A stretch of DNA of 64,000 nucleotides from a virus, in the IMG/VR virus record IMGVR_UViG_3300044675_005584, positions 23,686 to 87,685 of that record; one strand, given 5' to 3'. Shown piece after piece: positions 28,613-38,207 of this stretch. Within the stretch, counting starts at the first letter, position 1; each line of letters begins with the position of its first letter. The notes beneath the pieces are model-generated. The model made no database searches, was not told the origin of the DNA, and saw nothing but the letters and a program-made list of their open reading frames with translations. The translations under genes and the position numbers were made by a program.

Positions 28613-29605
28613 ATGGCAGCTAGTTTTCTTACTGCACTTCAACTCAATGCCGGAGCTGGTCTGTTGCAAAATACAGGGCTTGCAGCCAACACTGACTTGA
28701 CCAACAATATCAACAGCTATAATGCACTGCCCTTGATTGCGCCGTACCTGATCACACTGGCCAACAGTGCCGCAGCCAATTTGTCCAATACCACTGTGGC
28801 CACGTTGAAAACCCTTGCATCTAATACCTGTCCGGCCTTGGCCGATTCGGTACCAGTTGGCTATGCTACACTGATTGTGACCAATACTCTTTTTACTGGC
28901 CTGCTCAGCACTACGGCTGCAACCTATATGGGCAATGGCGACCTGACTAAATTTGCACAGGCTCTGAGTCAGGCTCAAAGCTATGCTGACCAAACCAGTG
29001 TGTTTATCAATTCGGCCATCAACAGTCAAACTTATCTGGCCGATACCTTTACCGGCATGAATGACATGATAACTGGAGGTATCACCCAGGTCAGTTTGGC
29101 CACATCTGCATTGGGTACTGATTTGTCCAATCTTGGACGGCTAGTGAATTTGGCCTTGCTAGATGATTTTGGTAGTCCGCTTGGCCTGATACAGCAGATC
29201 TACACTGTGACTGGCGCTATACCCAGTGTTAGCATAGCCTTTATCAGTGCTGGAGTTCCTGTAGATGTTGTGTTGTCATTGAATAGACCAGCCATAAGTG
29301 TGACAGATGCAGTACAACGGCTAATGTACGAAGCAATGAGCGAAATTACTGGATCAGCCCTGCAACAAATTTTGAGCGTGATGCAAGTGAGCACACCTGG
29401 TATAAACACCATGGCTGACCTGTTGAATCCGTTACGGCTGTTTCCACTCAGTTATCAAACGCTGACTGTGCCTACCAAGTTTGGCAAGCGAGCAATTTAT
29501 CTTAATGCATCAGGAAGCGTGAATCAGAATCTTGCTACAGAATTACCCAACTATGTGATCAATGGTTCAAACACTGAGCTGGGCAATCAAGGAACCAACG
29601 CATGA
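28613..29605 (+). CDS. Probable virion/tail-associated protein
   Basis: A/T/N/L-rich 330-aa ORF directly after PAAR. Confidence 0.55.
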   Translation: MAASFLTALQLNAGAGLLQNTGLAANTDLTNNINSYNALPLIAPYLITLANSAAANLSNTTVATLKTLASNTCPALADSVPVGYATLIVTNTLFTGLLSTTAATYMGNGDLTKFAQALSQAQSYADQTSVFINSAINSQTYLADTFTGMNDMITGGITQVSLATSALGTDLSNLGRLVNLALLDDFGSPLGLIQQIYTVTGAIPSVSIAFISAGVPVDVVLSLNRPAISVTDAVQRLMYEAMSEITGSALQQILSVMQVSTPGINTMADLLNPLRLFPLSYQTLTVPTKFGKRAIYLNASGSVNQNLATELPNYVINGSNTELGNQGTNA

Positions 29606-30537
29606 TACCTTACAACCGACTGAGAGAAATTGTACCCAGCGATCAGGCTTTGGCTGCCAAGGCAGTCAGTGTGAGCCTACAACAGATTTCGGGCATATCA
29701 CTTCTGCGTCTGGCTGATCTAGCACAGGCAGTCACGCCACAAGAGACCACACGCAACTTGGCTGAGATCACTGCATTGACCACAGCAGTACCGGCCAGTG
29801 TGGCCAATTATTATACCACTACCCTGGCCACAGGTACAGGGCCAAATGGCACAATACTGGTGGTGGACATACTGGGCACAGCCGCAGGCTATGTCAGTGC
29901 CGGAGCCATGGCCAACACCATCAGTAACCTGGCCAGTGTCAATGTCACGGCCTTGACTTCAACCTATACAACCATGGCCAATGTGGTCAACGGTGTATAT
30001 GGAGATCCCACTGTGGGACCGGTAATTATTCCCAGTGGGCCTTACGCAAATACCTACACTGATGCAAACGAAGCATTTGCCAATGCCCTGATTCCGGGAG
30101 CGCAAAGTGAAATCACCACAGTCATATCCGGGTATCCCACCTACACTGCCAATCTCAATGCCAACTGGACAAATATGGCCAATCAATTGGTTCTGGAACA
30201 AACCACTCAGGCTTCAGCAGATATAATTTTTGCCAATCTAGTACCCAACAGCACCACGTCCATGTATGCATTTATTTTTGGATTGCCTGGTGCAGGACTA
30301 CAGACCGAAAATGGGGGACAGGTGCAAATGATTGAATCTGTAGCCGATACCAACACATTTACCGGCCAGGCCGTGATTGCCAGCCTACGTCAAGGAAAAA
30401 ATCAGCCATTTTTACAAGCTGTGGGTATCGAAACCAACAACGATGTTCCGTCGGATCCTGTTCCATTGCCACCAACTGCCAATTTAATACCCAGCACATA
30501 CACAGCCGCAGAAGCTGCTGCGCTGGTCGTCAGATAA
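29602..30537 (+). CDS. Probable virion/tail-associated protein
   Basis: A/T/N-rich 311-aa ORF coupled to the previous gene. Confidence 0.55.
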   Translation: MIPYNRLREIVPSDQALAAKAVSVSLQQISGISLLRLADLAQAVTPQETTRNLAEITALTTAVPASVANYYTTTLATGTGPNGTILVVDILGTAAGYVSAGAMANTISNLASVNVTALTSTYTTMANVVNGVYGDPTVGPVIIPSGPYANTYTDANEAFANALIPGAQSEITTVISGYPTYTANLNANWTNMANQLVLEQTTQASADIIFANLVPNSTTSMYAFIFGLPGAGLQTENGGQVQMIESVADTNTFTGQAVIASLRQGKNQPFLQAVGIETNNDVPSDPVPLPPTANLIPSTYTAAEAAALVVR

Positions 30538-30560
30538 TCCAGTTGTGCTGTCCTAGACAA

Positions 30561-30591
30561 GGTTGACCCAAAATTGATTTACAGCTATAAT
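30561..30591 (+). promoter_or_regulatory. sigma70-type early promoter (GGTTGACC family)
   Basis: TTGACC 30563-30568, N17, TATAAT 30586-30591. Confidence 0.8.
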
Positions 30592-30621
30592 AGTCATTAT
30601 AGTTAAATTTTAGGAGTCTGT

Positions 30622-31995
30622 ATGTTTGGGAACACACACATAATCCATGCAGTTAGTCTGGCCTGCACCTTGATCTTGGTTGCGTGTGGGGCCGGTGGAG
30701 GTGGTCCCGGCACTCCTGGTGCCGCCAACAACGCAATTCCTACTGTTGTCCAGGCGGCCACTTTTCTTGGTACCAAGACATCTGCTGGATCATTTGCATA
30801 TTACCAAGATGGAAGTACAAGCAATCCAGTCAGTTATATGTACTCCCGGGATATTAACAATGATGGCGTAGACGAAGTTTTCTTTGTGGCATTTGAAACA
30901 CAACCCAACACACAGGCCAACTATAGTAATACTTCAATACATATTTTTGGTTGGGAAAACAGTGTTTTCAAAGAAATAACTTCTACCTGGCTTCCTGGAA
31001 CTAGCAATCAAGTGGAAGGAGTAGGAGATTTGGTATTTGGCGACTTCAACGGCGATGGCAAGATTGATGTGTTTTTGTCTGCGTACACAGACATGGACTT
31101 TGATACAAATGCCTATGCCCTCATGAACACTGGTAGTTCGTTCACTAGAGTATCGCTTGGTCTTGCGAGATGGCAACATGGAGTGGCATCAGCTGACGTC
31201 AATCGTGACGGATTTGACGATGTGATTGTTGCAGGTTACGCTAATTTTCCACAATACATGGGTTCTGCTACAGGACTTGTACAGTATTCTGGAATGATTG
31301 GTAGCTCGGGTGTTGCGGTAGGAGATTTCCTAGGTACTGGTACAGCACAGGCGGTATTTGTGGATGCTAGTTCTAACGGTGGAGCCGATTCTTTCATTTA
31401 TACCATGACCATAAACAATGTGGCTAAACAGATCACGTTTACAAAAACCGTGACCCTACCGGCTCCAAGACTGGTTGCAACCGAAGATAGTACCAATCGC
31501 AGTCATGACATCCGAGCAAGAGCCGTTGATTTTGATTCAGACGGACGTTTGGATATTGTGATTTTCAGTTACAAGTCAAACATGGTCAGAGGCTTGACCG
31601 AAACCGAATACAAGAGCGAAATACAATTCTTACGCAATATGGGCAATGGAGTATTTGTTGATGTAACAGACACAGTCAGATCTGGATATGACACCACTGG
31701 ATATCCCGGATACTATCCAGTGTTCCAAGATTTCAATGGCGATGGACGACTGGATTTGTTCCTGAGCCAACCTGATTATTTTCCAAGTAGAACTCACAAA
31801 TCAACTACTCTGTTGATACAACAGGCCAACGGCACATACAAAGATACTGGCAAGAGTGATTTTGCTAATGCTGTGGGGTATGGTGGGCAAGGATTGTTGG
31901 CAAAAGGTCCAGCAGGGAAGACCTATTTGGTCACAGAATCAGCTTGGGCTAGGACCAGTTTCACCACAGTTTATATACAACCAGTTAATTTTTAA
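30622..31995 (+). CDS. FG-GAP/VCBS-repeat lipoprotein (beta-propeller)
   Basis: Lipobox LVAC; repeats DINNDGVDE, DFNGDGKID, DVNRDGFDD, DFDSDGRLD, DFNGDGRLD. Confidence 0.85.
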   Translation: MFGNTHIIHAVSLACTLILVACGAGGGGPGTPGAANNAIPTVVQAATFLGTKTSAGSFAYYQDGSTSNPVSYMYSRDINNDGVDEVFFVAFETQPNTQANYSNTSIHIFGWENSVFKEITSTWLPGTSNQVEGVGDLVFGDFNGDGKIDVFLSAYTDMDFDTNAYALMNTGSSFTRVSLGLARWQHGVASADVNRDGFDDVIVAGYANFPQYMGSATGLVQYSGMIGSSGVAVGDFLGTGTAQAVFVDASSNGGADSFIYTMTINNVAKQITFTKTVTLPAPRLVATEDSTNRSHDIRARAVDFDSDGRLDIVIFSYKSNMVRGLTETEYKSEIQFLRNMGNGVFVDVTDTVRSGYDTTGYPGYYPVFQDFNGDGRLDLFLSQPDYFPSRTHKSTTLLIQQANGTYKDTGKSDFANAVGYGGQGLLAKGPAGKTYLVTESAWARTSFTTVYIQPVNF

Positions 31996-31996
31996 C

Positions 31997-32080
31997 TGTT
32001 GTTTAAAAACAACACTTGATTGTGGCGTAAAAACAACACCTAAAACACCGGTTGACCAAAAACACCATTTCGGCTATAAT
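31997..32080 (+). promoter_or_regulatory. Early promoter with two upstream TGTTG-N8-CAACA-type palindromes
   Basis: Palindromes at 31997-32014 and 32021-32038; TTGACC 32052-32057, N17, TATAAT 32075-32080. Confidence 0.75.
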
Positions 32081-32110
32081 AGTAGTATAGTAACTAATAA
32101 GGAGCCGAAT

Positions 32111-32422
32111 ATGTCAGTAATAGAATTCTACAAACAGCATGCCAAAAGGATCAGTCTCGAGGACGCAGTTGCCTGGATTGAGGCGTCACGTAGGGCCTAC
32201 AACAAGGGTTCAGGAGAACGAGTTACCTTTGCAGGAATGTTGGCTATCATCGACGAGGATCAAGGGGCCACCGGTCCCAACGATTGGGCCGCGGCATTGG
32301 CTGTACACAAACACCTGGACCGCGAACTAAAGACACAGCGTAAATTGTTGTTGCAAAATTTGCAACAAGGAGCCAATTCTGTGAAGGTTGCCAAACTTAT
32401 AAAAGAAGATGATTGGGAATAA
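32111..32422 (+). CDS. Hypothetical early protein
   Basis: ATG 32111 after SD AAGGAG and a promoter. Confidence 0.7.
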   Translation: MSVIEFYKQHAKRISLEDAVAWIEASRRAYNKGSGERVTFAGMLAIIDEDQGATGPNDWAAALAVHKHLDRELKTQRKLLLQNLQQGANSVKVAKLIKEDDWE

Positions 32423-32424
32423 GT

Positions 32425-32455
32425 GGTTGACCCGAAATGGGTCAACTGTTATAAT
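32425..32455 (+). promoter_or_regulatory. sigma70-type early promoter overlapped by the inverted repeat GTTGACCC/GGGTCAAC
   Basis: TTGACC 32427-32432, N17, TATAAT 32450-32455. Confidence 0.75.
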
Positions 32456-32484
32456 ATATGTATAGTAAATAAAAAGGAATTGAA

Positions 32485-32589
32485 ATGTTTAGAAATATAA
32501 ATGATATAGTGTTTACAGTATTTGCAGTATTGGCCGGAATCACAGTTGGTCTTACTATTGCAGAATTAATTACTGGAGTTTGTCGATAA
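32485..32589 (+). CDS. Small (34 aa) single-TM protein, not in the ORF track
   Basis: SD AAGGA; MFRNINDIVFTVFAVLAGITVGLTIAELITGVCR. Confidence 0.55.
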   Translation: MFRNINDIVFTVFAVLAGITVGLTIAELITGVCR

Positions 32590-32699
32590 TATCCAGGCTG
32601 TAATGGGGCCAGTGCGGTCCTTGGAGAGCCTTGATACTCCAAAATAAAATGCGAGTTAATTTTTGCTGGTGGTTGCAACTTTAAAAACTAAAACCAGCA
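32590..32699 (+). ncRNA. Candidate structured RNA / cis-regulatory element
   Basis: Several complementary segments in a GC-richer intergenic stretch (see findings); no family recognised. Confidence 0.3.
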
Positions 32700-32723
32700 C
32701 TTATACAACAACCAGGAGTGGCA

Positions 32724-32912
32724 ATGGAAAATGAACCGTTTAAAAAATATAATCTAATACGCCAAACAATCAGCCGTGACCAGATTGTGGATTTTGTAAA
32801 TGAATTACATCGGGTGCAACATGACATGATTGAAATGTTGGTCGCCAGTAAAGAACGTCAAGGCTTTCCAGAAGCTGTGACATTGATCAAACACATACAA
32901 GGATTAAAATAA
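32724..32912 (+). CDS. Hypothetical protein
   Basis: SD AGGAG; coupled to the next gene. Confidence 0.6.
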   Translation: MENEPFKKYNLIRQTISRDQIVDFVNELHRVQHDMIEMLVASKERQGFPEAVTLIKHIQGLK

Positions 32913-33364
32913 TGGGATTAGACATGTATGCTTATACCGCGGGTCGCAACGGACAATACAGCGACTGGTGGGCGGATGCTGAACTGGATGAACACAAAAA
33001 GCAGTTTGTCAATCCCAAAATAACCAAGCCTGTGGAAATAGCCTACTGGCGTAAGCATCCAAACCTACATGGATGGATGGAACAGTTATGGCGCGATCGG
33101 CAATACCAAACCCAGCCCGCTGACGCCATGGAAGTAGTAGACCCAGAGTCGGATACGTTTAACAACGTAGAACTTGAACTCACACGAGAAGACATCGACC
33201 AACTGGAACAATGTATACTTGAAAATCAGTTACCAGTTACCCGTGGATTCTTCTTTGGAGATGACAGTGGCGACTACTACCGCGAACAAGATTTACGATT
33301 TATTACCGAAGCCCGTGCAAACCTGTTTCTAGGTCTGCGTGTATTTTACAACTCCAGCTGGTAG
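32912..33364 (+). CDS. Phage hypothetical protein
   Basis: MGLDMY...YWRKHPNLHGW...GFFFG...YNSSW, a pattern familiar from phage ORFs. Confidence 0.75.
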   Translation: MGLDMYAYTAGRNGQYSDWWADAELDEHKKQFVNPKITKPVEIAYWRKHPNLHGWMEQLWRDRQYQTQPADAMEVVDPESDTFNNVELELTREDIDQLEQCILENQLPVTRGFFFGDDSGDYYREQDLRFITEARANLFLGLRVFYNSSW

Positions 33365-33369
33365 TAAAT

Positions 33370-34752
33370 ATGACAATGACAACAGATTTTACGTCAGAAC
33401 AATTTAACGAGATCAAAGTGGCCGCAGACTGGATAAGAGACTTGGAAAGTAGCGATAGCCGATTACACAAAGAATCAGTGATTGAAAAGGCCTTGATGGC
33501 TGCCAAGTTAGGATCAGCCAATGCCCAATGCTTCTTGTTCAACTGCTATCAAACATACAACCCCTACTATGTGTTCGGTGTCAAGAAAGTGCCTGAGACT
33601 ACTGGATTAGAAAATTGTCCTAACCCATGGCCCAAGTTCTGGGCTATGTTGGAAGGTCTCCGTACTAGAAGCCTTACCGGACACAACGCCAAGACAGCCA
33701 TTGAGGTCATGAGCCAACAGTTTGACAGTGTAGAATGGAACAACCTGTGCCGTAGAGTAATCATCAAAGACCTACGCTGTGGCATCAGTGAAAAGACTCT
33801 TAACAAGGTGCTGGGTAATACCGAATGGAAGATTCCAGTATTCACTTGCCAGTTGGCCACAGACAGCGAAAAGCACGTGGCCAAGATGACCGGAATCAAG
33901 CGACTTGAACAGAAGCTGGATGGAGTGCGTGTGCTGGCCGTTGTGACCAAGACCACAGTGAATCTATACAGTCGTAATGGCAAACCGTTTGATAACTTTC
34001 CACAGATTGTGAAATCACTTGAAGATATCAAAAACAAGTTTGCCAAACTACTACAGGCCTACCCAAGAGGGATTGTGTTGGATGGTGAAATTATTGGAGA
34101 AAGTTTCCAAGCTCTAATGAAACAGGCACAACGCAAGACCGATGTTCAAACAGATGGCATGACTTATAGTGTGTTTGATATCATACCATTGGTGGACTTT
34201 GAACGTGGTTACTGGAATGCTCAACAACACAAACGTCTCCATCAATTAGAAGAATATCGTGCAGTATTTGAGATGACTGATTGCGTTCGTATCATGGATG
34301 GTATTGATGTGGACTTGGACACAGCCGAAGGGCATGATATCCTTAGACGCTATGCAGAGGACGCAGTCGCAGCCGGATTCGAAGGCATCATGATTAAAGA
34401 TCTGGATGCGCCATACGAGTGTAAGCGTAGCACTTTTTGGATGAAATGGAAGCCAGTTATAACAGTAGACTTAAATATTGTTGGATTCGAACAAGGCACT
34501 GGTCGTAATCTTGGTAGGTTGGGTGCCATAATATGTGAAGGAGTAGACAATGAGCGTAATATTTTTGTTAATGTGGGCAGTGGCCTTTCCGATGCTAATC
34601 GTGATGAATATTGGAGTGCCCGAGATGACTTACTTGGCCGAGTGGTTGAGGTGGCGGCAGATGCTGTCACACAAAATCAAGACGGAACTTACAGTCTAAG
34701 ATTTCCAAGATTCTTGAGATTTCGCGGATTTGAACCTGGAGAAAAATTATGA
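33370..34752 (+). CDS. ATP-dependent DNA ligase
   Basis: KLDGVR, LDGEI, FDII, EGIMIK, WMKWK, LRFPRF. Confidence 0.95.
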   Translation: MTMTTDFTSEQFNEIKVAADWIRDLESSDSRLHKESVIEKALMAAKLGSANAQCFLFNCYQTYNPYYVFGVKKVPETTGLENCPNPWPKFWAMLEGLRTRSLTGHNAKTAIEVMSQQFDSVEWNNLCRRVIIKDLRCGISEKTLNKVLGNTEWKIPVFTCQLATDSEKHVAKMTGIKRLEQKLDGVRVLAVVTKTTVNLYSRNGKPFDNFPQIVKSLEDIKNKFAKLLQAYPRGIVLDGEIIGESFQALMKQAQRKTDVQTDGMTYSVFDIIPLVDFERGYWNAQQHKRLHQLEEYRAVFEMTDCVRIMDGIDVDLDTAEGHDILRRYAEDAVAAGFEGIMIKDLDAPYECKRSTFWMKWKPVITVDLNIVGFEQGTGRNLGRLGAIICEGVDNERNIFVNVGSGLSDANRDEYWSARDDLLGRVVEVAADAVTQNQDGTYSLRFPRFLRFRGFEPGEKL

Positions 34753-34812
34753 TACACTACCGGGAATGGATACCCTACATCAAGTGGCGCATACAAAAAT
34801 GGCTCAAAGCCA

Positions 34813-34841
34813 TTGACAGCAAGAAAAAATTCATGTAAAAT
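34813..34841 (+). promoter_or_regulatory. sigma70-type promoter
   Basis: TTGACA-N17-TAAAAT. Confidence 0.6.
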
Positions 34842-34864
34842 ACACAGTATATCAGGAGAAGATC

Positions 34865-35005
34865 ATGGACACATCTTTCGTTTGGTTATATGAAGCACTG
34901 GGAACTATGGCATTGGCCTTTGTGGTAATTGGCATAGTCGCAACAGTAATACACTACTTAGAACAGGAAACACCATGGCAACCCGAGAAGAAAAACAAGC
35001 ACTGA
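34865..35005 (+). CDS. Small (46 aa) membrane protein, not in the ORF track
   Basis: SD AGGAG; hydrophobic ALGTMALAFVVIGIVATVI. Confidence 0.5.
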   Translation: MDTSFVWLYEALGTMALAFVVIGIVATVIHYLEQETPWQPEKKNKH

Positions 35006-36114
35006 TCGACACACTGAAATTCACACCAAGAACCTACAAGATATCCCTGTGGGGCTATGGTGGCGAACGAGTAATGGGCACAGTAAGTCGCGAATCTTGG
35101 GATTACTGTATGGCCAATCAAGTTGACTTGATGGATGTTGCCTGGAGCGATGAAGATACTGTGCAATATGACATGGGGCTTGATCTTGATCGTTTGCCAT
35201 TCCACCCTGGTAACTGGTACGAGTGCGACAATCTTGCACACTCCAATGGAGCAAGCAAGGACGCTGGTACACTTCATATTACCGATGAAAACGGAGACAC
35301 TGTATTTGAACAATCACTGGACAGTTTAGATGGTTCTAGCGATGATAGTCCACAATGGGAATGTGGTGATGAAGTCTGGATAGGACAAGAACCTGAAGGC
35401 TCTGTGGTGTTTGTGGGATCCAGCAACGAAAAGGGCACTTTCTTTGAAGGTGACATACCGCTTCGAGCACCGTTTGATATTACCAAACTGACCTTGATCT
35501 ATGAAGAAATTGACGGCGAAGCCATGGTCAATAGTGCAACGTATGATGGCGAAGACATTGATAACTGGGGAGGCAGCACCGACGGTAAAAGTTCTGACAT
35601 GAACATGTATCTGGTCAAGGCCGATAACGAATGGGATAGATACGAGCCCGAAGACAAAGACTGGGGTCATCCTGAATACGGAACAGGCCCAAGCACCTGG
35701 GAAAAGTCTGAGACATTCAAGTTCAAGAAACACAAACCCACTATTCCAGGTTATTACAGTTGTACATGGAGCCACTACGGTACAACCTATGGTACAGCCT
35801 ACTGGGATGGCAAACAGTTTGGCGAATGGGAATACGGCAAGTTTAATCCAATCACTGGAGAAGTCATTAGCTGGTCGGGTTATAATTGGAATACTGGTTC
35901 GTGGGCAAATCGACCACCTGAGCCAGTGGAATTAGTATGTGAAAATAAAACATGTGGATGGGCAGGCAAAAATGAAGATCGTCGAGAAGACGATAACTAC
36001 GATAGCCATTGCCCCAAATGCGATGGCACAGAGTTTAACTGGATTGACTATGATCCTGATACCAAAGAGGGTCGTGCCAATCGCAAGCAGTATGTAAAAA
36101 TAACAGGAGAATAA
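34975..36114 (+). CDS. Acidic hypothetical protein with C-terminal Zn ribbon
   Basis: 379 aa; CENKTC...CPKC. Confidence 0.7.
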   Translation: MATREEKQALIDTLKFTPRTYKISLWGYGGERVMGTVSRESWDYCMANQVDLMDVAWSDEDTVQYDMGLDLDRLPFHPGNWYECDNLAHSNGASKDAGTLHITDENGDTVFEQSLDSLDGSSDDSPQWECGDEVWIGQEPEGSVVFVGSSNEKGTFFEGDIPLRAPFDITKLTLIYEEIDGEAMVNSATYDGEDIDNWGGSTDGKSSDMNMYLVKADNEWDRYEPEDKDWGHPEYGTGPSTWEKSETFKFKKHKPTIPGYYSCTWSHYGTTYGTAYWDGKQFGEWEYGKFNPITGEVISWSGYNWNTGSWANRPPEPVELVCENKTCGWAGKNEDRREDDNYDSHCPKCDGTEFNWIDYDPDTKEGRANRKQYVKITGE

Positions 36115-36115
36115 A

Positions 36116-36790
36116 ATGGAAAATGTAATTTATCGCAGTGCCGAGGCTGTGAATTCAGCCATGCTGAGAGTGTACAATCAAATGTGCATGGCTGTAATAG
36201 TATCGGGAATCGTATCTATGGCAGTGAGTAGCAGTCCAGCTCTAATGCAGTTCTTGTTTACAGGCGTGATGAAGTGGATAGTGATTTTTGCACCACTAGG
36301 CATGTCCTTGTTGTTGGGATTCAAGATACGAGACATGGCGCCTGACATGGCTAGACTCATGCTGTATCTGTTTGCGGCCTTGATGGGTGTGAGCTTTAGC
36401 ATGATCTTTGTGGTGTTTGGCTTGGGATCTATTGTGAGTGCGTTTATGGGTGCGGCTGTGTTGTTTGGCACCATGACCATGTACGGATATTTTACCAAAC
36501 GCAGTCTTGAAAGTGTAGGACAGTTCATGTTTATCGGCTTGATTGCAATTATCATTGCGTCAGTCGTGAACATCTTTATTGGGTCAACTGCTATGACCAT
36601 GATGATTTCAGCCTTGGCCATTATTATATTCCTTGGACTCACTGCCTACGACACACAACAGATCCGTGAAATGGTCAGTGTGGAAAATCCTGAAGGCAAT
36701 GCCGAGATAGCGGGTGCCTTGACCTTGTACATGGATTTCATCAACCTGTTCTTGAACCTGTTACAACTGTTTGGCGACAAAAAAGAATGA
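36116..36790 (+). CDS. Bax inhibitor-1/YccA family membrane protein
   Basis: About 7 TM segments; TAYDTQQI and ALTLYMDFINLFLNLLQL. Confidence 0.93.
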   Translation: MENVIYRSAEAVNSAMLRVYNQMCMAVIVSGIVSMAVSSSPALMQFLFTGVMKWIVIFAPLGMSLLLGFKIRDMAPDMARLMLYLFAALMGVSFSMIFVVFGLGSIVSAFMGAAVLFGTMTMYGYFTKRSLESVGQFMFIGLIAIIIASVVNIFIGSTAMTMMISALAIIIFLGLTAYDTQQIREMVSVENPEGNAEIAGALTLYMDFINLFLNLLQLFGDKKE

Positions 36791-37425
36791 CCGACTTCTG
36801 GAAATATTTTGAACAAGAAGCCGAGCCTCGACTGGATAAACGAGCCAAGACATTTAGACAGATATTTGAATACCTGGACCAGCAGGCAGGTCCAATCCTG
36901 ATCATTGAAACCGGAGTGGCCAGACAACCTGATAACTGGGCTGGCGACGGACAGAGTACTGTCATGTTTGATCGTTATGTGACAGCCCGTGGTCCTGACA
37001 GTCATGTGCATGCTGTGGATATCAGCACAGATTCTGTCGCAGCTTGCCGTGCTATGGTTGGCGATCAAACCACAGTTCATTTACAAGACAGCGTGAAGTT
37101 TTTAGATAATTTGGCAAGAAATGCCGACGGCCCAAGTCCTAATTTGGTTTATCTGGACAGTTATGATCTTGATTGGGACTACTGGTTTGCCAGTGCCGCA
37201 CACTGTATCAAAGAGTTTGCCGCAATCACTCCTTTACTAAATCCAGACACATTGTTGGTAGTAGATGACAGTCCACCAGTGACACATATTTTGGAATCTG
37301 GAGAGCGCACACTTATTGCCCCTGGCAAGATTGCTGGTAAAGGTCGTTTGTTGGCCGAGTATGCTGACCAAATTGGTGTAGCACCTTATTTCGCACAATA
37401 TCAAGCAGGATGGATTGGATTATGA
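36787..37425 (+). CDS. Class I SAM-dependent methyltransferase-like protein
   Basis: IIETGV, AVDIS, DSVKFL, LVYLDS, VVDD. Confidence 0.7.
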   Translation: MTDFWKYFEQEAEPRLDKRAKTFRQIFEYLDQQAGPILIIETGVARQPDNWAGDGQSTVMFDRYVTARGPDSHVHAVDISTDSVAACRAMVGDQTTVHLQDSVKFLDNLARNADGPSPNLVYLDSYDLDWDYWFASAAHCIKEFAAITPLLNPDTLLVVDDSPPVTHILESGERTLIAPGKIAGKGRLLAEYADQIGVAPYFAQYQAGWIGL

Positions 37426-37646
37426 ACCCTATTGTATTACTAACAAATGGTGTCAATGATTTATGGATCTGGACCTACGGTATCATAGCCGGATGGGGTG
37501 TGACCATGACCGTGGTCATAGCAATCATAACATTTTGTATCATTAGACTGTATCGGGTAGAAGCCAGGCTTGCTACACTAGAAAATAGATTGGTACAGGC
37601 CGAACGAGATTTTAACCTAACGGTGAACAATTGGAAGAACAAGTAA
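37422..37646 (+). CDS. Small membrane protein
   Basis: One TM helix followed by a coiled coil. Confidence 0.6.
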   Translation: MNPIVLLTNGVNDLWIWTYGIIAGWGVTMTVVIAIITFCIIRLYRVEARLATLENRLVQAERDFNLTVNNWKNK

Positions 37647-38191
37647 ATCAGTGTTCAGTATGCAGTTGTGAGCACACCGAAGACGAAGGTGGTATAGACG
37701 GATACTTTGGCATGTTGCCTGTGAGTTTTTGTCCCACCTGCTTCAGTTGCATGTGTGATATGGCTGCACAGTATCTGGACATTGGGCCAGACGGAGAATC
37801 AAATCCTGAACATGACAACCTGATAGCACACCTGCGCGGTGTGCGTCATGTGGTCATAAACAGCGAGCATGGTGGATTCAGCGTTAGTAGAGCCGCTGAG
37901 TTGGCTTACCTGAGCCGCACAGGGACTGCCTACACTTTTCAAGATCGAGAGGATCGTGCCGCAACCTTGAGCAAAGGTCAATATATCATGGTAAATGATC
38001 AGTACTGGAATGGTAGCACCATCAAAAGGGATGATCCAGTACTGGTCGATATTGTGAGAGAAATGGGCGAAGAGGCCGATGGCGATTATGCTCGACTCAA
38101 GGTAGTACAACTGCCTGCCAATGTGGATTGGACTATTGAAGAATACGATGGCCGGGAATGGGTGGCTGAACGGCACAGGACCTGGACATAA
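37631..38191 (+). CDS. Hypothetical protein with N-terminal Cys cluster
   Basis: CSVC...CPTC; VVIN..GGF...RDDPVLV...IEEYDGREWV. Confidence 0.7.
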   Translation: MEEQVNQCSVCSCEHTEDEGGIDGYFGMLPVSFCPTCFSCMCDMAAQYLDIGPDGESNPEHDNLIAHLRGVRHVVINSEHGGFSVSRAAELAYLSRTGTAYTFQDREDRAATLSKGQYIMVNDQYWNGSTIKRDDPVLVDIVREMGEEADGDYARLKVVQLPANVDWTIEEYDGREWVAERHRTWT

Positions 38192-38207
38192 AAACGGTAA
38201 ATACGAT

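Noticed and set aside
32590-32699. tRNA, hammerhead or twister ribozyme
   Set aside because: No T-loop GTTCRA or cloverleaf, no CTGATGA/GAAA core, and the twister-like fragments (TAA, GGTCCT) do not assemble into the consensus; kept only as an unclassified RNA candidate
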